This document shows, piece after piece, positions 8,391 through 20,161 of a DNA stretch of 32,000 nt. Position 1 is the stretch's first letter, and each line of letters starts with the position of its first letter. The notes below the pieces were generated by a model. That model ran no database searches. It worked only from the letters and a program-made list of their open reading frames with translations, and had not been told where the DNA came from. The position numbers and the translations under genes were made by a program. This DNA is from Candidatus Saccharimonadota bacterium (lineage in GTDB: Bacteria > Patescibacteriota > Patescibacteriia > 2-12-FULL-60-25), in NCBI GenBank assembly GCA_023898425.1, contig CP060222.1:690001-722000 (forward strand), given 5' to 3'.

Positions 8391-9536
8391 ATGAAACACT
8401 ATCTTGTACTCGGTGGAGGGTTTGCAGGAATCTCAGCCATTCGTGAATTACGCAAACAATCAAACATCACCATTACGCTCATTGATCAAAGTGAGCGTTT
8501 TGTCTTTACCCCATGGCTTATTGATGCCCTCGCCGATGAGCGTACGCTTTTAGACATTTCTGCTGACTACGAATCTCTTTCAAAAAAACTTGGATTTACC
8601 TTTGTTCGCGGCACCGTAGAACAACTCGAGCGCGAAGACCGTCAAGTTACGGTTACGCTTACTTCTGGTCAAAAACAAACTCTTTCGTTTGACGAAGCTA
8701 TTCTTACTTTGGGAGCAAAGACTTGCTACTACGGCATACAAGGAGCGACAGCAAATACCCTTCCGCTCAAAAACCTACAGGATGTTGAGCATATTCATAC
8801 CCATGTACGAAATGCTATAAAAAAAGCTCTTTCTGCATCAGACACCCGCACAAAACAAGAGCTTTTAAGTTTCGTTATGGTTGGCGCTGGCCCAACCGGC
8901 GTTGAAAGTGCTTTTGCACTAAAGAAATTCGTGATGCAAACACTTGGTGATCAGTGGCAAAGACTTGCTGCTTATACACATTTTTACATCGTCCAAGGTG
9001 CACCAACGATTTTACCAGGCTTTAATAGCCATGCGATCAATCTCGCAACAGATGAGCTAAGAAAACAAGGGTTTGAACTCATCTTAGGCGAGCCAGTAGA
9101 AACACTAGAAGAAAATACGCTTCACACTACCAAAGGTACAACTATTCACGCTGCGACCATTCTTTGGTGTGCTGGCGTGGAGCCAAACTTTATTACCGTA
9201 GAGCCTGAACTCCCTAAAGAGCGTGGTGGCTGGATTAGTCCGAATGATCTTTTACTCGATGATACGATCGCTGGAGCAGGTGACAATATTCGTATCATGC
9301 TCGGAACATTGCCCGCTCCAAAAACAGCACAGATCGCTATGCCGATGGGTAAGGCTGCCGCACAAAGAATTATCACCAAACAAAAGAAGCCTTTTACTTA
9401 TGTGAGCAAAGGTGCTGTTCTTACGCTTGGAGAAACAGGCTTATTCGACTTTGGTTTTCTTAAAGTAAAAACCCCGCTCGCAAAGACCGTTCGCTCAATG
9501 CTCTATCGCTTGCGCTTTAACGAGCTCACAAAATAG
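8391..9536 (+). CDS. ndh: type II NADH dehydrogenase-like FAD-dependent pyridine nucleotide-disulfide oxidoreductase
   Basis: 381 aa. Two dinucleotide-binding motifs (LGGGFAGISA and VGAGPTGVE). The start lies 2 nt after the upstream stop. Confidence 0.75.
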   Translation: MKHYLVLGGGFAGISAIRELRKQSNITITLIDQSERFVFTPWLIDALADERTLLDISADYESLSKKLGFTFVRGTVEQLEREDRQVTVTLTSGQKQTLSFDEAILTLGAKTCYYGIQGATANTLPLKNLQDVEHIHTHVRNAIKKALSASDTRTKQELLSFVMVGAGPTGVESAFALKKFVMQTLGDQWQRLAAYTHFYIVQGAPTILPGFNSHAINLATDELRKQGFELILGEPVETLEENTLHTTKGTTIHAATILWCAGVEPNFITVEPELPKERGGWISPNDLLLDDTIAGAGDNIRIMLGTLPAPKTAQIAMPMGKAAAQRIITKQKKPFTYVSKGAVLTLGETGLFDFGFLKVKTPLAKTVRSMLYRLRFNELTK

Positions 9537-9537
9537 T

Positions 9538-9999
9538 ATGGACCTTTTTCGTAAACACGGGATTGATTACTCACAGATTACTGAACAGATTTTTATTTGT
9601 ACGAATGCCTGCTGCCTTACGCATTATGAGCTGTCTTTAACACAACAAGGTATCACATCAGATATTAGTCTCGAACAAGAGCACCTTGATGGCGCTCAAG
9701 GAGCAGAGACCTTTCTCTGGCTTCCGACACTTGACCATACACCGGTCTCTCAAGAACATTTATTTCTTGGTGCTAACGTACTCAATTTCTTGATCAAACA
9801 AGATAAGAAAATCTATGTTCATTGCAAAAACGGTCATGGCCGCTCTCCGATGCTTGTTGCCGCTTACTTTATCTTATACCAAGGCATGACAGTAGACGAA
9901 GCCATAAATACTATTCGCGCAAAAAGACCTACGATCCATCTTGATCCTGATCAATATGAAGCCTTGCAGAAATGCTCCCAAACAAAAATCCCTCAGTAA
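9538..9999 (+). CDS. dual-specificity (CX5R) phosphatase family protein
   Basis: 153 aa with the active-site signature VHCKNGHGRSP (HCxxGxxRS). The start lies 1 nt after the ndh stop. Confidence 0.7.
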   Translation: MDLFRKHGIDYSQITEQIFICTNACCLTHYELSLTQQGITSDISLEQEHLDGAQGAETFLWLPTLDHTPVSQEHLFLGANVLNFLIKQDKKIYVHCKNGHGRSPMLVAAYFILYQGMTVDEAINTIRAKRPTIHLDPDQYEALQKCSQTKIPQ

Positions 10000-10020
10000 C
10001 TGAGGGATTTTTGTTTTTTA
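9988..10020. terminator. bidirectional rho-independent terminator
   Basis: atccctcag (9988-9996), loop taa (the stop codon), ctgagggat (10000-10008), then tttttgtttttt. An A-rich run on the other side serves the convergent minus-strand gene. Confidence 0.75.
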
Positions 10021-10024
10021 TGAC

Positions 10025-10414
10025 TTACAAGTTAAAACTACCACGTAACTTACCGATATAAGGGATTTCCCAAAACTCACCTTGGAGACATTTGACGAGA
10101 GCGATAATATCCACAACAAAGAGCAAGATTGCTAATGCCCAGCCAACAAGTGGAATCCAGAAAACAAACGAACCAACAAGTCCAGCAATAAATACCATGA
10201 GACCTTGTTTTGCGTGCTCATAGGCATACTTAGAGTCCTTTTTGAGCAAAAGCGGCACAAAGACTAGGATGCCGACATAAGATAATGCCGCAACAAGCTT
10301 ATTGTCCTCAATATCTTTTGAATCAAAGTGCATAACAGGGGTAGCCATCTTTGGTGGCTCGGTGTGACCTTGAGAATGTTGTTGGTTCTCGGTGTTTTGG
10401 GTATTTTGTTCCAT
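10025..10414 (-). CDS. small integral membrane protein (DUF4870/Tic20-like pattern)
   Basis: 129 aa. Polar N-terminus then hydrophobic helices. LVAALSYVGILVFVPLLLKKDSKYAYEHAKQGLMVF resembles the DUF4870 signature as I recall it. Confidence 0.5.
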   Translation of the reverse strand: MEQNTQNTENQQHSQGHTEPPKMATPVMHFDSKDIEDNKLVAALSYVGILVFVPLLLKKDSKYAYEHAKQGLMVFIAGLVGSFVFWIPLVGWALAILLFVVDIIALVKCLQGEFWEIPYIGKLRGSFNL

Positions 10415-10451
10415 ATAGCTATAGCATTACTGATAAATGATCTTTTGACAA

Positions 10452-12343
<1,892 letters not shown>

Positions 12344-12366
<23 letters not shown>

Positions 12367-13594
12367 AGGTAAATACAACGATAAGACTCAATAAAGCGAA
12401 CCCTGGCCAATAGCTCCAGAGATAGTGATCTAATACCACAATCGGACATAGCGCAACTATCAGACTCATAACTGCTGGTCGTGTTGTTGGATAGCGTTTT
12501 ATCTTATCAAGTAACATCGACAACCACTGAACGAATACGTAGAGCAGGGTGATAAAACCAACAATTCCTGTCTCTATGAGTATTACAATTGGCACAATAT
12601 GCGGAATAACTGGCTTTAGCTCTTGCTCGATAAGCGCAGGTAAAAGCGCCCCTTGTCCCGTACCAAGTAATGGCCGTTGTTTAATCATAGGCCAGGCCTG
12701 TTTTAGCGCAAGGACACGTTCGCTAACAGATTTTTGCTCCGCAAACTGACCACTCCCTGAAGAAATTGGTCGCACAAGCAATGGAAAAATGGCCAGTGTC
12801 AGGATAAATGGAATAAGTATCCAATGAGCATGAAAATGATCAGTTGAGTGTTTACGCAAGCGATCTTTTCGTAAAAGCACTTCATGGGCTAGTAACCCGC
12901 CAAATAAAGACAACCATGCAGAACGTGAAGCGGTAAACCCAAGCGCAATGACTAATAGTGGCACAACATAAAAGAGCACTTTTTGCATTCTTCTGTTGTA
13001 GGAACCCCATGCTATCGCAACAAATAATAAACTTACGGCAAGATACCCACCAAATATATTTGGGTGGGGAAATCCGCCATATATTCTTAAATAACGTATC
13101 CCCTCACTTAAGATAACCGCCGTCCCTTGTGACTGCGGATTTAATAACGCTAATCCCAGCCACTTACTTGGTAGGCTCCATTGAAAAATCCATTGTGCTA
13201 ACCCAATAAGTGCATGCGGAACAAGCGCTATCGCAAACCAAAATGACATTTTTTCAATAGCGATCTGTTCGCGTCTCAATACCCAAATACTTAACGCGGC
13301 AATTGCAAATATCCATAACCAGGCGATACTCGCACGTTGAGAGAATGAAAAAAGCGCTGGTAATACTATCCCTATAATAACCAATAATTCAGTTTTTTTG
13401 GGTACTCTCAATGTTAGTGGTTTTTGCTTTATTGAAAGAAAGGTTAAAAGCACGATCAAAAACCAGGATGCATAGACAGAAAACCTTCCTTGCTCCCAAG
13501 GATACCCCGCCAAAGCACCCGCATCATAAAACCATCTCGTCTGCCAAGGTAAGGCGAGAAAATAGCCAATAATTACCCATTCTTTAAACCTCAT
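12344..13594 (-). CDS. O-antigen ligase/polymerase-like (Wzy_C-type) polytopic membrane protein
   Basis: About 10 or more hydrophobic helices, a large loop, and the block RSAWLSLFGGLLA...LLGTGQGAL...IETGIVGF, reminiscent of the O-antigen ligase family. Start ambiguous (13594 or 13645). The 3' end overlaps the groES start by 23 nt. Confidence 0.55.
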
Positions 13595-14477
13595 AGCGTT
13601 TGCAAAGCTGTCGATATCGATCACGAAATTCTGCGCGACGATCATCTACATGAAATTTTAGTATGTGATCATTCGCAACAACTGCCGTACCCTGCCCAAG
13701 TTGAGAACGGATTTCTTTGGCAAACTTCCACTCTGAAAGCCTGCGTGAAAGCGACTCAATAAAGCGAAATGTCGGTAGACGAAATATAGACATGCTGTTT
13801 TTCTGCCCAGCTAAAAGCATCCAGGGTTGTGCAAGTGGATATCTCGTACGTAGTTTAGCGTTTTGATTCCAGAGCTCTACACCTATCCCGTCATCAAGTA
13901 GTGGTAGCAATGACAAAAACCAATGCTGCAAATAGACATCCTGCTCTATGCTAAGTGACGAGAGGTCGAGAGCACGCTCATCAACAAAAAACGTTAAACA
14001 AACTGGGTCATGTTTTGCCGTCTCAACACGCCAACGTAATACCATCAAAAACACCGTTGCAAAAAAACGTGTCTGCCAAGCGGTATGTTGTTTACATACA
14101 ATAAAAAGATCGATATCACTTTCTTCGGTTGTGTGCGCGAGAGCAAGCGTATTACAAACGTAAACGCCTTTTACCCCAGCTAAATGATAAAGCAGCTTGG
14201 TAAATCGTTTTGCTCGACGAATTTTACGTGGGAACAATGCTTCTCGTTGTCGATGCTCTTCTATCAAGCTTTCTGAACCAGGAAAAACAAAACGACCTTT
14301 TTGATAGAGAATGACGCCTTCTGCCACAAGAGCGTCTATCGCATGTTCTGTATCTTCGTGTAGCAATGTTCTATCGCTTGTTTCTGCATGCGTAACAAGT
14401 TCAAATTTTGTTGCAGGATACGCAAGAGAAGCAAAAAAACACTGAGCACGAAGGATAGCAGCTCGTGCTTCTTGCAT
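13584..14477 (-). CDS. hypothetical protein, possible Pol-beta-superfamily nucleotidyltransferase fold
   Basis: Start taken at MQEARAAIL (ATG 14477), 1 nt after the dnaX stop. The segment VYVCNTLALAHTTEESDIDLFIV resembles a G/S...DxD NTase motif. This assignment is weak. Confidence 0.4.
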   Translation of the reverse strand: MQEARAAILRAQCFFASLAYPATKFELVTHAETSDRTLLHEDTEHAIDALVAEGVILYQKGRFVFPGSESLIEEHRQREALFPRKIRRAKRFTKLLYHLAGVKGVYVCNTLALAHTTEESDIDLFIVCKQHTAWQTRFFATVFLMVLRWRVETAKHDPVCLTFFVDERALDLSSLSIEQDVYLQHWFLSLLPLLDDGIGVELWNQNAKLRTRYPLAQPWMLLAGQKNSMSIFRLPTFRFIESLSRRLSEWKFAKEIRSQLGQGTAVVANDHILKFHVDDRRAEFRDRYRQLCKRYEV

Positions 14478-14478
14478 A

Positions 14479-16125
14479 CTAGGATTCGACAACAGAACCA
14501 CCAAAGGCCTGCAAAATATTCCCAACCATGTCTGGCGCACCGCCTTGAGCGGCTGCGACATCAGCGGCAACGATGCCTTCGATCATAAGTTGATCATTCT
14601 TTAAAACAGCGCGTGCTGCTTCTTGGATAATCCCACGGTTCTTTCCGTCACCGATTAAGCGGTCCATATGAAAAGGATATTGAAACTTAATAATCACGTT
14701 TAACCCTTCGACCGCATATGGTGAGGCTGTTTTTAAAATAAAAGGCAAAGAATGATTCTTTTCGTCTACAACACGGATAATCTCTAGCCATTGTGAACGC
14801 ACCATCGCCAATGAGACAGCAGGTGCTTCGCTTTCTGTTTGTACGCTTTTCTTCTCTTCTTGTTGTATAGGTTCTGAAATGGTTTCAATAGGCTCTGCAG
14901 ACTGCTCTACTACTTCTATAACCTTCTCTTCCGTACTAATAGGCTTTACCTCCTCTTGTGGCTTATCTTTCATGACTTTAGGAATAGGTGCCGTTTTTGT
15001 TGGTGCCTCTGGTGTTTTGGTGTTTTGCGGAGTTGTGTTTGTTGTTGGTGAGAGGAGACTCAATCCAACGAGTTGCACAGCAAAAACAGGATCCATGCCC
15101 ATTTTTACATCACGTCGACGCTCAAATAAGGATAAAGCGATATTATGCAATTCGCTCGGTGTAAAGCATTGCAAGCACTCCATAAGTAACTTTTCTGCGG
15201 CTGATCCAGATCTAAATTGCTCTGCTTTTGTTGGAAGTGCGTCCGCTGCTAATAAATCTTCGACACATTGGATAAGATCATCAAATAACGGCGTAAATGG
15301 CACGCCTTCATCTGCAAAGCGCTCTACAAGATTCCAGCTATCACCGAAGTGTCGCTTACCCCATGCGACCATAAGTTCTGCGGCTTTTTCTTGCTGACCC
15401 ACAGGTATAACCAATCCGACGGTTGCCTCGGTGATATGCGAATCACCTAAGCCACCCACTTGGCCAAGTAGCGTTTCCGCATCTCGGACACAGCCATCGG
15501 CTTTTTTGAGCAAGATACGTATTGCGCCGTCATCTATCGTCCAGTTTTCTGCCTTTGCTAAATCGAGTAAACGCGCTCGCATATTTTCATCATCAATACG
15601 ACGAAAAGCAAATTGTTGACTACGTGAGAGAATGGTAGCCGGGACCTTATGCCATTCTGTTGTTGCAAGAATAAAAAACGCGTATTCTGGAGGTTCTTCG
15701 AGCGTTTTTAATAAGGCATTCCAAGCTGCCGTAGAAAGCATGTGAGCCTCGTCTAAAATATAGACTTTTCTGTGCCCAGAGGCTGGAGCAAAACGTACGT
15801 GTTCGATAATGGCTTCACGAACAGCATCAACACCATTATTGGTAGCTGCATCCAACTCGATCGCATCAAAAGAGCGGTTATCTTGTGTATTTTTGCAGGA
15901 CTCACAAACCGTACAAGGCTCCCCTTCTGTCAGATTTTTGCAATTTAATGCCTTGGCTAAAATACGGGCTGTCGTTGTCTTACCAACACCACGCGGTCCA
16001 GAAAACAGAAAAACGTGGCCTAAACGCCCTGTAGCAAGCTCTTTTCGGAGCGTTTCTGTAATATGTTGTTGTCCGGTTACGTCCGCAAAACGCTGTGGTC
16101 GGTATATCTGGCTAAGTGACGGCAT
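14479..16125 (-). CDS. dnaX: DNA polymerase III subunit gamma/tau
   Basis: YRPQRFADVTGQQH, Walker A GPRGVGKTT, zinc module CxxC...CxxC (CKNLTEGEPCTVCESC), DEAHML, SRSQQF. Start taken at MPSLSQIY (16125); the TTG at 16155 is an alternative. Confidence 0.9.
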   Translation of the reverse strand: MPSLSQIYRPQRFADVTGQQHITETLRKELATGRLGHVFLFSGPRGVGKTTTARILAKALNCKNLTEGEPCTVCESCKNTQDNRSFDAIELDAATNNGVDAVREAIIEHVRFAPASGHRKVYILDEAHMLSTAAWNALLKTLEEPPEYAFFILATTEWHKVPATILSRSQQFAFRRIDDENMRARLLDLAKAENWTIDDGAIRILLKKADGCVRDAETLLGQVGGLGDSHITEATVGLVIPVGQQEKAAELMVAWGKRHFGDSWNLVERFADEGVPFTPLFDDLIQCVEDLLAADALPTKAEQFRSGSAAEKLLMECLQCFTPSELHNIALSLFERRRDVKMGMDPVFAVQLVGLSLLSPTTNTTPQNTKTPEAPTKTAPIPKVMKDKPQEEVKPISTEEKVIEVVEQSAEPIETISEPIQQEEKKSVQTESEAPAVSLAMVRSQWLEIIRVVDEKNHSLPFILKTASPYAVEGLNVIIKFQYPFHMDRLIGDGKNRGIIQEAARAVLKNDQLMIEGIVAADVAAAQGGAPDMVGNILQAFGGSVVES

Positions 16126-16191
16126 AGGCCTACATAATGCCCTCTCGGTACCCAACGAGCAAGCAAGCCCTCACCCTCCTGAATAACAGGT

Positions 16192-16848
16192 TTACTCCCA
16201 TGAAGTTTCTGCTTTTTTCATGATATGCTCAACTGCTGCCCACTTTGATGGAGCGTTTTTTGGCACAAGAATAACAACCTCATCGCCCGGTTTCGCCTTA
16301 TGAAAAGATACGGCCGCCGGAAGAATGCGATGTGTATGCCCGTCTGCGAGAACCTTATAATCTGTACTCATATCACCCATTACCAAGGTACCGATAATAC
16401 GACGTCTCTCAATCGGACCTCTTTGTTTAAAAATAAAGCGCCCAGAATCAGAAATTGTCACTCGCATCAAATCCCCTTCTACAAGCTTTGATTTAGACGC
16501 GTAATTTGGTGGTACCGGATATGGATTACCGTCTTCTCCCACCATATTTTCTCCATCAAAAACTCCATCAATCGACTTACCTTCAAAAGAGATTTCAAAT
16601 TCTTTGGCTTCTGCGAGGAGCTTTTCTACATCAGCTGCTTCGGCGCGACTTTCGAGCAATCGTTCGAGTGTATCGATCTGTTCTTTCACTGAACGAATGA
16701 CACGCTGTGCGAGAGCGAGCTTTGTTTCGATAGCTGACATACCTTTTGGTTCATCAGAAGATACCTCGGTATCAGAAAAAACGTCTTCTTGTTTTTCTTC
16801 TATTGATGTTGATTGTTCATCTTCGGGCAATTGAAATGGTGTTGGCAT
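16192..16848 (-). CDS. hypothetical protein: acidic N-terminus, coiled-coil middle, conserved-looking C-terminal domain
   Basis: 218-aa ORF between the ATPase gene and dnaX on the same strand. No motif I recognise. Confidence 0.55.
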   Translation of the reverse strand: MPTPFQLPEDEQSTSIEEKQEDVFSDTEVSSDEPKGMSAIETKLALAQRVIRSVKEQIDTLERLLESRAEAADVEKLLAEAKEFEISFEGKSIDGVFDGENMVGEDGNPYPVPPNYASKSKLVEGDLMRVTISDSGRFIFKQRGPIERRRIIGTLVMGDMSTDYKVLADGHTHRILPAAVSFHKAKPGDEVVILVPKNAPSKWAAVEHIMKKAETSWE

Positions 16849-16883
16849 ATTTTTATGGGTTATTATTCTTTGACAATAGTATA

Positions 16884-19451
16884 TCAGAGAAAGTTCTCGT
16901 CATCAGCAATAAGCGATAATTCGCGACGCTGGGCAATCTCTGCCTCAACAAGAGCACGCTTACGACCAAACTTATAACGTGACAGTTCTTTAATCATCTT
17001 CGCAAGCTCATCCGTCTTTGGTCGTGGCGCAAAAAGTGGTCCAAAATTAAATGGCTTAGACGCTTGGTTATTAATTAGAATCTTGGCATTAAATGTAAAG
17101 GCCTCAACATTGACCAAGTCGTATTCTGACAACGTTGGTGCAAATTCTTTTGCTAAGAATTCTGCATCTTCTACACCGACACGATTTACAAATATCGAAC
17201 CCACATTACCAAAAATAGCATCTCTAATTGAGTTATCTCCTTTATTTTCTAACTGACCAATAAATTGATGAGCAATAATGAGATCGAGACCATATTTACG
17301 AGCCTCAGAAAGGATGGCCGAAATTGAGTCAGTTAAGAAGTTTTGAAACTCATCGATATAGAGATAAAAATCATTGCGATCTTTTGCCTCCATATCAGCA
17401 CGTGCAAGAGCTGCCATCAAGATTTTACCAACGAGTACCATACCAATAAGATAGGCATTTAAATCACCAATCTTACCTTTTGATAACTTGAGCAAGAGAA
17501 TCTTTTTGCCATCCATGACTTCGCGAACATTAAAGGCGCTTTTTTGCTGACCAATAATAGGCCGCATATAATCGTTATAGATAAACGGCGTAAGCTTAGA
17601 AGTGATATATGGCACCATATTGGCCAACGATGCTTCTCCACCCGCTTTAAGCGCTTCTTTTGTCCAAAAATCTTTTACGTCCTGCGACTTACACTTAGAT
17701 AATTTGTAATTACGGTATTCTTCATCAGCAAGGACCTTTGGGATTTCCATCAAGGTAGAACCAGATTCTGGATCCTCCATTAAGAGTAGGATTGCATTAC
17801 GCATATAAAGCTCAAACATTGGACCACCCGTGGATTTAAGATCGTAGAGCTTATCAAAGATCTTTAACATTTCGTTGATCACAAAGGTTTTTTGCTCTGG
17901 TTTTGCTGGATCAAACTCCAACATATTAAGCCCCATTGGACGCTCAAAATCAGCAGGGTCAAAGAAAATAACATCTTCTGCGCGCTCTTTTGGTACAAAT
18001 TGCAAAGCATCATCTGCAAAATCACCATGCGGATCGATAACACAAACACCTCTGCCTTCTACGATATCTTGCTGCACCATCGCTTTCATCATTTCGGTTT
18101 TACCGGAACCAGACTTACCAATGATATACATGTGACGTCGACGATCTTCGTGTTTTACACGAATATCATAACGATGACCTCGGTATTCTGAATGACCCAT
18201 CAAGATTCCTTCGGTTGGTAGGTTAGATGGCGGTAAGGTCTTACGTGATAATAGCCAGTTGATTTTTGGCGTCTCCGTAGAAGCGAGTGGCAAATGAAAC
18301 ACTGTTGCCATCTCTTCGGTATTCATCACCATTCTAAAATTTTCTTCAAATGAACGATAGATAAAATCACGAATCACGCGCTGTTGGCGACTTGGCATTT
18401 GATGTTTAAAGCCATTTCCGTACTCATAGATATTAAATTGACCATATGATCCAAGAATATCGTTTAAATACCTCTGAGCTGACTCTGGTGTTTTTGCAGA
18501 GACAATAATACGGACATTTACATCTAAACCAGCTTTTGCGGCCTTTTCTTCTAGACCTTTGGCCATTTCTTGATCAAGTGCAGAGAGCTGATCACGAGGC
18601 TTTTCTTTATCATCTTTTGATTTTAATGATTTGCCTACCTCGCTACCGATCGAAGAAAAAAGACTTTTGTTTTGCAATTCACTCATCTTCTTGCCATTTT
18701 GCAAACCACGCGCAATGCGCAAACCCTCAGAACGCCAAAACTTTGGCGCACTCCGTACAATGTATTGAATAGCAGCGCCGTCGGTATCATCAATTTTAGA
18801 AAGCGAATTGGTTAATCCATTCATCGAATCAGAATCAAGCTTTCGATACGTTTTGATCGGAAAAAAGTTTTCACGACGAAAGGCAAGATAACTCCCTAAA
18901 ATAACACCTCGCGGAGAGAAAAGGTTGTAGTCAGGGACTTCGTCAACCTGTGCGTTTGGGTATTGTGCAAGAATTTGTTGCTCAACAAATGTTACTTGAG
19001 AGGCTGGCGCTGTTACGTAAAAAGAGATTTTTGCTTGATGCGCGACAATCTCAAATGAGAACACATCGTCTCTTCCAAAGAGCCACGCTTTAAAGCCTTT
19101 TTGTGCCTTTAATGCACCAATGGTGGCAAAAACGGTCTCCATCGCACCAATCGATTCTTGGATCTGCGATTGAGATGCGTCTTGTTTTGAATCATCTGCG
19201 CTTAAGTTTTTTGGTACACGCACCATGAGTACCTTGGTGTTAAAAGCGCTTTCTGCCGCCTTGCTATTACGTAAAAATAATCGAGCGATGTTTAAACCAA
19301 TAATAACAAATAAAATTAACCCTAAAACACCAATAACAAGCCAAGTGATAGGACTGCTGATAACGGTAGAAATATCAAAAACCTGCAAAGCCGAATTCGC
19401 AGGCACTGACGTGTCTTCTATGGTAATTTGAAACAAAGAGAGAAAGAGCAT
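16884..19451 (-). CDS. membrane-anchored P-loop ATPase, TraD/TraG/VirD4 (type IV coupling protein)- or HerA/FtsK-like
   Basis: 855 aa. One N-terminal TM helix (ITWLVIGVLGLILFVIIGLNI). Walker A IIGKSGSGKT. Walker B YLYIDEFQNF. IIAHQFIGQL block as in TraD/TraG C-terminal domains. The ~400-aa N-terminal domain is unassigned. Confidence 0.6.
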   Translation of the reverse strand: MLFLSLFQITIEDTSVPANSALQVFDISTVISSPITWLVIGVLGLILFVIIGLNIARLFLRNSKAAESAFNTKVLMVRVPKNLSADDSKQDASQSQIQESIGAMETVFATIGALKAQKGFKAWLFGRDDVFSFEIVAHQAKISFYVTAPASQVTFVEQQILAQYPNAQVDEVPDYNLFSPRGVILGSYLAFRRENFFPIKTYRKLDSDSMNGLTNSLSKIDDTDGAAIQYIVRSAPKFWRSEGLRIARGLQNGKKMSELQNKSLFSSIGSEVGKSLKSKDDKEKPRDQLSALDQEMAKGLEEKAAKAGLDVNVRIIVSAKTPESAQRYLNDILGSYGQFNIYEYGNGFKHQMPSRQQRVIRDFIYRSFEENFRMVMNTEEMATVFHLPLASTETPKINWLLSRKTLPPSNLPTEGILMGHSEYRGHRYDIRVKHEDRRRHMYIIGKSGSGKTEMMKAMVQQDIVEGRGVCVIDPHGDFADDALQFVPKERAEDVIFFDPADFERPMGLNMLEFDPAKPEQKTFVINEMLKIFDKLYDLKSTGGPMFELYMRNAILLLMEDPESGSTLMEIPKVLADEEYRNYKLSKCKSQDVKDFWTKEALKAGGEASLANMVPYITSKLTPFIYNDYMRPIIGQQKSAFNVREVMDGKKILLLKLSKGKIGDLNAYLIGMVLVGKILMAALARADMEAKDRNDFYLYIDEFQNFLTDSISAILSEARKYGLDLIIAHQFIGQLENKGDNSIRDAIFGNVGSIFVNRVGVEDAEFLAKEFAPTLSEYDLVNVEAFTFNAKILINNQASKPFNFGPLFAPRPKTDELAKMIKELSRYKFGRKRALVEAEIAQRRELSLIADDENFL

Positions 19452-19463
19452 GGGTATTAGTTG

Positions 19464-20144
19464 TTAAAGCTTTGGTGCGGCGTCCTCACGACGCACACGA
19501 TCTAGCTCGGTGATACGATCTGTTTTGATTTTTACTTCTTGTTCGAGGAAAAATTTATTCACTCCCGGTATCGTGAGCAACCATTCTTTCAAAAGACGAA
19601 AAACGTCTTTTGTTTTTACGTGCATGTGACGGACCATATTTGCAATGATCGTTGTTACTTCGCGACCCTTTTTTACAAAACGATCTTTTGCTTTAGGTTC
19701 CATTGTTTCAACAAAAGGACCAAGTCCATCTTCGAGGATCTTTTCTACCTCTATATAGACCTCGTCTTTTACCATTTCCGTCTCAACTTGCTCAGTGGTT
19801 GATTCTGACACCACAGTTGCCGTGCCGGCATCATCTGAAGTTGAATGATCTTCTGCGTGTGTAACCACCTCCTGTTCTGCCGTATTTTCTAAAAATTCAT
19901 CTTTTTTGAGTTGTTCGATTGCTAGGCGATCTGCTTGACCGGGAGTCATTGTTTCACCATCTTCAAATGAATACCCATGATCAAGGGTAGGCGCTTCTGC
20001 AGGGGTCTCGGATACAAATACTGGTGCCGGTGATTCTGGCACTGGCATTGCTGTGGACTCAACGACTGGTTGCTCTGGTGAGGTAGCTTCGCTTACGACG
20101 TCCTTACCTCCTTCAAAACCATCTAAAAAGCCTCCGTTTGACAT
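19464..20144 (-). CDS. hypothetical acidic protein (226 aa from ATG 20144; TTG at 20165 alternative)
   Basis: ORF with an E/T/D-rich disordered N-terminal half and a basic, helical C-terminal ~90 aa. Its stop lies 12 nt upstream of the ATPase gene start. Confidence 0.55.
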   Translation of the reverse strand: MSNGGFLDGFEGGKDVVSEATSPEQPVVESTAMPVPESPAPVFVSETPAEAPTLDHGYSFEDGETMTPGQADRLAIEQLKKDEFLENTAEQEVVTHAEDHSTSDDAGTATVVSESTTEQVETEMVKDEVYIEVEKILEDGLGPFVETMEPKAKDRFVKKGREVTTIIANMVRHMHVKTKDVFRLLKEWLLTIPGVNKFFLEQEVKIKTDRITELDRVRREDAAPKL

Positions 20145-20159
20145 AGCAACAGTATACCA
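20145..20159 (-). promoter_or_regulatory. candidate extended -10 promoter (TGgTATACT) giving a leaderless transcript
   Basis: Minus strand reads tggTATACTgttgctATG. The -10 hexamer is at 20151-20156, TG lies one base upstream, and the ATG A is the 7th nt after the hexamer. It lies immediately downstream of the cysS terminator. No -35 match. Confidence 0.4.
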
Positions 20160-20161
20160 CG

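Noticed and set aside
14879-16186. Plus-strand ORFs (172, 62 and 125 aa) antisense to dnaX
   Set aside because: These are shadow ORFs opposite a confidently identified gene, with no independent evidence.
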